DNA from: Bacteroidales bacterium UBA5235
GTDB taxonomy: Bacteria > Bacteroidota > Bacteroidia > Bacteroidales > VadinHA17
Length of the DNA stretch: 64,000 bases
Reading direction: 5' to 3'
Assembly (NCBI GenBank): GCA_002409145.1
Contig: DHUL01000037.1
Span: 49,325 to 113,324, forward strand
The notes beneath the pieces were generated by a model. The model worked only from the letters and a program-made list of their open reading frames with translations, was not told the DNA's origin and made no database searches. A program made the translations under genes and the position numbers. Numbering within the stretch: position 1 is the stretch's first letter; the number at the start of each line of letters is the position of its first letter. Shown in pieces: positions 60,121 through 64,000 of the stretch.

Positions 60121-60699
60121 ATGCAGTTCAGTTTTGTTGACATATTAGCCTGTTTTATGGTGTTGTTTGCAATCATTGACATCACCGGATCAATACCCAT
60201 CATCCTTGATATCAAATCCAAGACGGGCAACATCCATCCCTGGAAAGCCACGCTGGTATCATTCCTGATTTTCCTGGCTTTCCTTATTTTCGGGGAGAAG
60301 CTTCTCGGCCTCTTCGGCGTTGATGTCGGGTCATTCGCCATAGCCGGCTCCTTCATTATTTTCCTTATCGGGATGGAGATGGTTCTCGGTGCTGAATTCT
60401 TCAAGCATGACTCACCCGGAGGGGGAACCATTGTTCCGATTGCATTTCCGCTGATTGCCGGTGCCGGTTCAATAACAACAATCCTGTCACTGCGTGCGGA
60501 ATATGCTACTGTAAACATCCTCGTTGCCCTGTTGCTGAACATGGTAATTGTATATGTCGTGCTCAGGCTCACAACGAGAATTGAGCGTCTGCTGGGGCCA
60601 ACCGGGCTGCACATACTCAAGAAATTTTTCGGCATTATTCTTATAGCCATCGCAATAAGGCTCTTCATCAATAATACAGGTATTACCCTCCCCCAATGA
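60121..60699 (+). CDS. MarC/UPF0056 family membrane protein
   Basis: ATG 60121 (MQFSFVDILACFMVLFAIID) is preferred over the track start at 60052. IAFPLIAGAGSITT motif, six TM segments. Confidence 0.8.
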   Translation: MQFSFVDILACFMVLFAIIDITGSIPIILDIKSKTGNIHPWKATLVSFLIFLAFLIFGEKLLGLFGVDVGSFAIAGSFIIFLIGMEMVLGAEFFKHDSPGGGTIVPIAFPLIAGAGSITTILSLRAEYATVNILVALLLNMVIVYVVLRLTTRIERLLGPTGLHILKKFFGIILIAIAIRLFINNTGITLPQ

Positions 60700-61178
60700 G
60701 TCTGTCAGAGGTAACAATTTACACTGACGGTGCCTGCAGCGGCAATCCTGGTCCGGGAGGCTACGGCGTGGTGCTTATTTCGGGTCCTCTTCGCAAGGAG
60801 CTCTCCGGAGGTTTCAGGCTCACAACCAACAATCGGATGGAGCTGCTGGCTGCCATCACCGGCCTGGAGGCGCTTAAACTTGACGGGCTGAGTGTCAGGC
60901 TGCACACAGATTCACAGTACCTTGTAAATGCGGTCAACAACGGCTGGCTCTTCAGCTGGGAGATGAAACGGTTTGCCAGGAAGAAAAACCAGGATCTGTG
61001 GATCCGGTTCCTGGAGGTTTACAGGCGTCACAGGGTGACCCTGATATGGGTGAAAGGACATAACAATGACCCTGAGAATGAACGCTGTGACACCCTGGCG
61101 GTGGCAGCTTCAAAGCTGCCCGGTCTTCCTGAAGATGAGGGATACATGGCAAACAATGAAGCTGAGGACCTTATCTGA
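60696..61178 (+). CDS. rnhA: ribonuclease HI
   Basis: 160 aa. Motifs IYTDGACSGNPGPGGYG, TNNRMEL, TDSQY and GHNNDPENERCDTLA. ATGA overlap with the previous gene. Confidence 0.9.
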   Translation: MSLSEVTIYTDGACSGNPGPGGYGVVLISGPLRKELSGGFRLTTNNRMELLAAITGLEALKLDGLSVRLHTDSQYLVNAVNNGWLFSWEMKRFARKKNQDLWIRFLEVYRRHRVTLIWVKGHNNDPENERCDTLAVAASKLPGLPEDEGYMANNEAEDLI

Positions 61179-61240
61179 CAGGTGACAGTTATTTTTGACT
61201 TTTATAAAAAAAGTGCAATTTTTGTAAAAAAAGGGGAGAG

Positions 61241-61645
61241 ATGAAAAGTTTCATACACAAAGCCACAGAGCTGACACCGGAAATTATCCTCGCTCCGGCT
61301 GAAAACAGGTTCACCATTTCCGGGAAGTCGGCGCCGGAAGATGTAAGAGGCCTTTATTATCCGGTTATTGAATGGATGGAAGAGTTCGTAACGGAAATAA
61401 AAAGGGGGCACAATTACACTGACAGTAATCCTCTCCTCCTGAAGCTTGACCTTGAGTATTTCAATTCGTCCTCTGCAAAGTTCCTCTTTGACATCTTCGG
61501 CCAGCTGAAGGAAATGAGCAACGAAGGTATTCCCGTGGATATCGAATGGCATTATGACGAGGAAGATACCGATCTTCGCGAGGCTGGCGAGGACCTGGCG
61601 TTGCTTGCAGAACTTCAGTTCAGGTATTGCCCGGAGACCAGATGA
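61241..61645 (+). CDS. DUF1987 / SiaC-like regulatory protein
   Basis: 134 aa. TPEIILAPAENRFTISGKSAPEDV..YYPVIEWMEEF...LKLDLEYFNSSSAKFLFDIF is the characteristic DUF1987 pattern. Confidence 0.6.
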   Translation: MKSFIHKATELTPEIILAPAENRFTISGKSAPEDVRGLYYPVIEWMEEFVTEIKRGHNYTDSNPLLLKLDLEYFNSSSAKFLFDIFGQLKEMSNEGIPVDIEWHYDEEDTDLREAGEDLALLAELQFRYCPETR

Positions 61646-62133
61646 GCCAGCTGAGAGGACCGGCAGAACTGTACCGGCTGCTTGATTCCCTGCAAATACC
61701 ATTCGAATATATAGAGCATCCTCCGGTACCAACAGTTGAGGAAGCAATGAAATACTGGTCCGGCATAGACTCCGGTCATTGCAAGAACATCTTTTTCCGT
61801 AATCACAAGGGTGACAGGCACTACCTGGTGATACTCTATTATGAATCAAAGCTGAACATCAGGGAGCTTGAGCAGAAGCTTCGCCAGGGAAAGCTCTCGT
61901 TTGCCTCAGACAGGAGACTAATGCAGTATCTCGGACTGACGCCCGGCTCGGTCTCTCCTTTCGGACTTATAAATGACCACTCCCACCACGTCCATCTCTT
62001 CATTGATAAAACACTCATGGAGCACAAACGGCTGTCATTTCACCCGAACACAAACACCGCATCGCTGATTATTCCACGTGACGGGCTTTTCACATTCCTG
62101 AAACACACAGGCAACACCTGGGAATTTTTCTGA
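61642..62133 (+). CDS. YbaK/ProX-like aminoacyl-tRNA deacylase domain protein
   Basis: ATG 61642 overlaps the previous stop (ATGA). Motifs HCKNIFFRN and LGLTPGSVSPFGLIND. Confidence 0.7.
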   Translation: MSQLRGPAELYRLLDSLQIPFEYIEHPPVPTVEEAMKYWSGIDSGHCKNIFFRNHKGDRHYLVILYYESKLNIRELEQKLRQGKLSFASDRRLMQYLGLTPGSVSPFGLINDHSHHVHLFIDKTLMEHKRLSFHPNTNTASLIIPRDGLFTFLKHTGNTWEFF

Positions 62134-62211
62134 TCATCTTTCATGCAGCATAATGCATATTCCGGCAGTCTTTAAGGCGGACTTGCATCATTATATTTTA
62201 CTCTTACCGCC

Positions 62212-64000
62212 ATGAAAAGAATTGCGTTTATTGCGACTGTGCTTATCTTGTTTACCATTGCAGGAGCCGCAGCGTCTACCCAGGACTCCGTCCAAAGAAG
62301 AACCTACCAGGCAAGATTCACCTCCTCACCACCTGTTATTGACGGATCAATCGATGATGTAGAATGGAAGACAGGTGAATGGCAGGGTGATTTTACACAG
62401 TTTGAGCCAGATAACGGAGCCCCATCCTCTCAGAGAACTGAATTTATGATTCTTTATGATGACAACAATATATATGTTGCCTTCAAAGCCTATGACACAA
62501 ATCCTGACAGCATTGTCAGGCGTATCTCCCGGAGGGACAACGGTGACGGGGATTTTGTGGGGATTGGTTTCGACAGCTATCACGATCTTCAGACCGGTTT
62601 TGCATTTGTCACAAACGCGGCAGGTGTAAAGAATGATTTCATCTGGTCCCAGGATGGCCGGATAGAGGATGACACCTGGGATGCCATCTGGTTTACGGGA
62701 GCAAAGGTGTATGAATGGGGATGGGCCGCCGAGATGCGGATTCCGCTCACCCAGCTCCGGTTCCGTATCTCAGATGAAGGCGTATGGGGGATCGAGGCCT
62801 TCCGCCGCGTCTTTCGCTGCCAGGAGACTTCTGTATGGCAGTTTATTGACCGTAATGCTTCCGGTATGGTCCATAACTTCGGAACTCTGACCGGGCTGAC
62901 AGATATAAAGCCCAGAAAACAGGCTGACATCACTCCGTTTGTCGTGGGAAGTGTGGAGACATTCGAGAAAGAGGATGGCAACCCCTTTGCCACCGGCACA
63001 AACTGGAAATACAACGGCGGCCTCGATGCCAAGTTCGGCCTGACAAACAATATGACCCTTGACCTTACCGTCAATCCCGATTTCGGGCAGGTTGAGGCTG
63101 ACCCTTCCGAGGTGAACCTCACAGCATATGAGACTTTTTTCCAGGAGAAGAGGCCTTTCTTCATCGAAGGAAACAACATCACCAGCCTGAAGACCGGAAT
63201 TGGTGACGGAGACCTGGGCTTTGACAACCTCTTTTATTCAAGGAGGATCGGGCGGAGCCCCCACCTGGAAGCAGACAACGATGATGATGAATTCGCGAAG
63301 GTGCCACGCGTAACACCTATCATCAGCGCTGCCAAGCTGACAGGGAAAACACCGGAAGGCCTGTCAATAGGTATTGTGGAAGCAGTGACGGCAGAGGGCA
63401 GAGCTGTTATTGACTCGCTGGGTCACAGGAGTGAACAGACGGTTGAACCTCTTACCAACTATCTGGTTTCACGGGTAATGAGGGACTTTGGTGGTGGCCG
63501 GACAGTTATCGGCGGAGCCTTCACCAACACTCACCGTTTCCTTGACGGAAACGTCACTGAAGAGCTTGTCCGCAGCGCCAGTACAGCAGGCATCGACTTC
63601 ACCCGGTATTTTGATGAGGAGCGTAAATGGTACGCCTCGGTCACTGCAGCAGGAAGCAACCTTAAGGGCACCATGGAAGCCATTGAAGACCTGCAGCGCT
63701 CAACAGTCCACCTTTATCAGAGACCCGATGCCGATTATATGGAAGTAGACCCGTCGCGCACCTCCCTGAACGGTTTCGGCGGTAATCTGCAGGCAGGAAA
63801 AGTGGGAGGCAAGTGGAACTTCATGGCCTTTACATACCTGAAGTCGCCGGGCTTTGACCTTAACGACGTGGGATACCTTCAGAGCGCAGATGCAATATAT
63901 GCCGGACTATGGTCGGCATACAGCTTTGACAAGCCATTCAGCATCTTCAGGAGAATCAGGCCAAATGCCAACCTGTTCAGCGAGTGGGACTTTGGCGGCA
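62212..64000 (+). CDS. DUF5916-like outer-membrane protein with an N-terminal CBM9-like domain (3' end beyond the window)
   Basis: Absent from the track because it is open-ended. ATG 62212, signal peptide MKRIAFIATVLILFTIAGAAA. IDGSIDDVEWKTGEW..FTQFEPDNG and later LFYSRRIGRSPH. The reading frame stays open to 64000. Confidence 0.6.
   Translation, partial: MKRIAFIATVLILFTIAGAAASTQDSVQRRTYQARFTSSPPVIDGSIDDVEWKTGEWQGDFTQFEPDNGAPSSQRTEFMILYDDNNIYVAFKAYDTNPDSIVRRISRRDNGDGDFVGIGFDSYHDLQTGFAFVTNAAGVKNDFIWSQDGRIEDDTWDAIWFTGAKVYEWGWAAEMRIPLTQLRFRISDEGVWGIEAFRRVFRCQETSVWQFIDRNASGMVHNFGTLTGLTDIKPRKQADITPFVVGSVETFEKEDGNPFATGTNWKYNGGLDAKFGLTNNMTLDLTVNPDFGQVEADPSEVNLTAYETFFQEKRPFFIEGNNITSLKTGIGDGDLGFDNLFYSRRIGRSPHLEADNDDDEFAKVPRVTPIISAAKLTGKTPEGLSIGIVEAVTAEGRAVIDSLGHRSEQTVEPLTNYLVSRVMRDFGGGRTVIGGAFTNTHRFLDGNVTEELVRSASTAGIDFTRYFDEERKWYASVTAAGSNLKGTMEAIEDLQRSTVHLYQRPDADYMEVDPSRTSLNGFGGNLQAGKVGGKWNFMAFTYLKSPGFDLNDVGYLQSADAIYAGLWSAYSFDKPFSIFRRIRPNANLFSEWDFGG

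Noticed and set aside
60000-60671. 223-aa minus-strand ORF
   Set aside because: It is antisense to the MarC-family gene, whose plus-strand translation carries the IAFPLIAGAGSITT motif.
61202-61849. 215-aa minus-strand ORF
   Set aside because: It is antisense to the DUF1987 and YbaK-like genes, which have recognisable patterns and an ATGA coupling.
62589-63227. 212-aa minus-strand ORF
   Set aside because: It is antisense to the open-ended DUF5916-like gene (FYSRRIGR motif on the plus strand).

Overview
This 64-kb window is a chromosomal segment from a Bacteroidota genome. Supporting evidence: a SusC/SusD pair, a T9SS C-terminal sorting domain, an S46 dipeptidyl-peptidase, and exact TAnnTTTG -7 boxes 19-41 nt upstream of several start codons. 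I saw no rRNA, tRNA, CRISPR array, transposase or integrase. Most of the window is housekeeping: mutL with two rhomboids and an EEP nuclease, membrane pyrophosphatase, rpsP-rimM, dnaE-trxA, ribD, prmC-recX, methylmalonyl-CoA mutase mutA/mutB, prfB with its programmed +1 frameshift, and RNase HI and HII. Accessory content sits in two visibly AT-rich patches. (1) About 2430-8990 is an all-minus-strand locus. It encodes two tandem double-glycine-leader peptides, a C39-peptidase ABC exporter, a membrane-anchored CxxC redoxin, an unknown polytopic membrane protein and a small HTH protein. It also carries a run of candidate self-protection genes: 2-TM mini-proteins, a VanZ-like protein and a CPBP/Abi protein. 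This is my best candidate for an undescribed system, because the peptide cores are hydrophobic and net-neutral rather than cationic, and no periplasmic adaptor gene is present. (2) About 17300-19160 holds a fused nucleotidyltransferase-HEPN protein and a divergent unknown gene. Other points worth a second look: a tightly coupled secreted TPR-caspase plus propeller/Y_Y_Y-PP2C sensor phosphatase pair; a C1q-signature protein coupled to a T9SS cargo gene; a truncated M61 peptidase; an orphan SiaC-like DUF1987 gene; and inverted (NNAGGCA)x4 heptad arrays flanking a terminator. Several ORF-track starts were corrected by hand. All functional calls rest on motifs read by eye, with no searches run.
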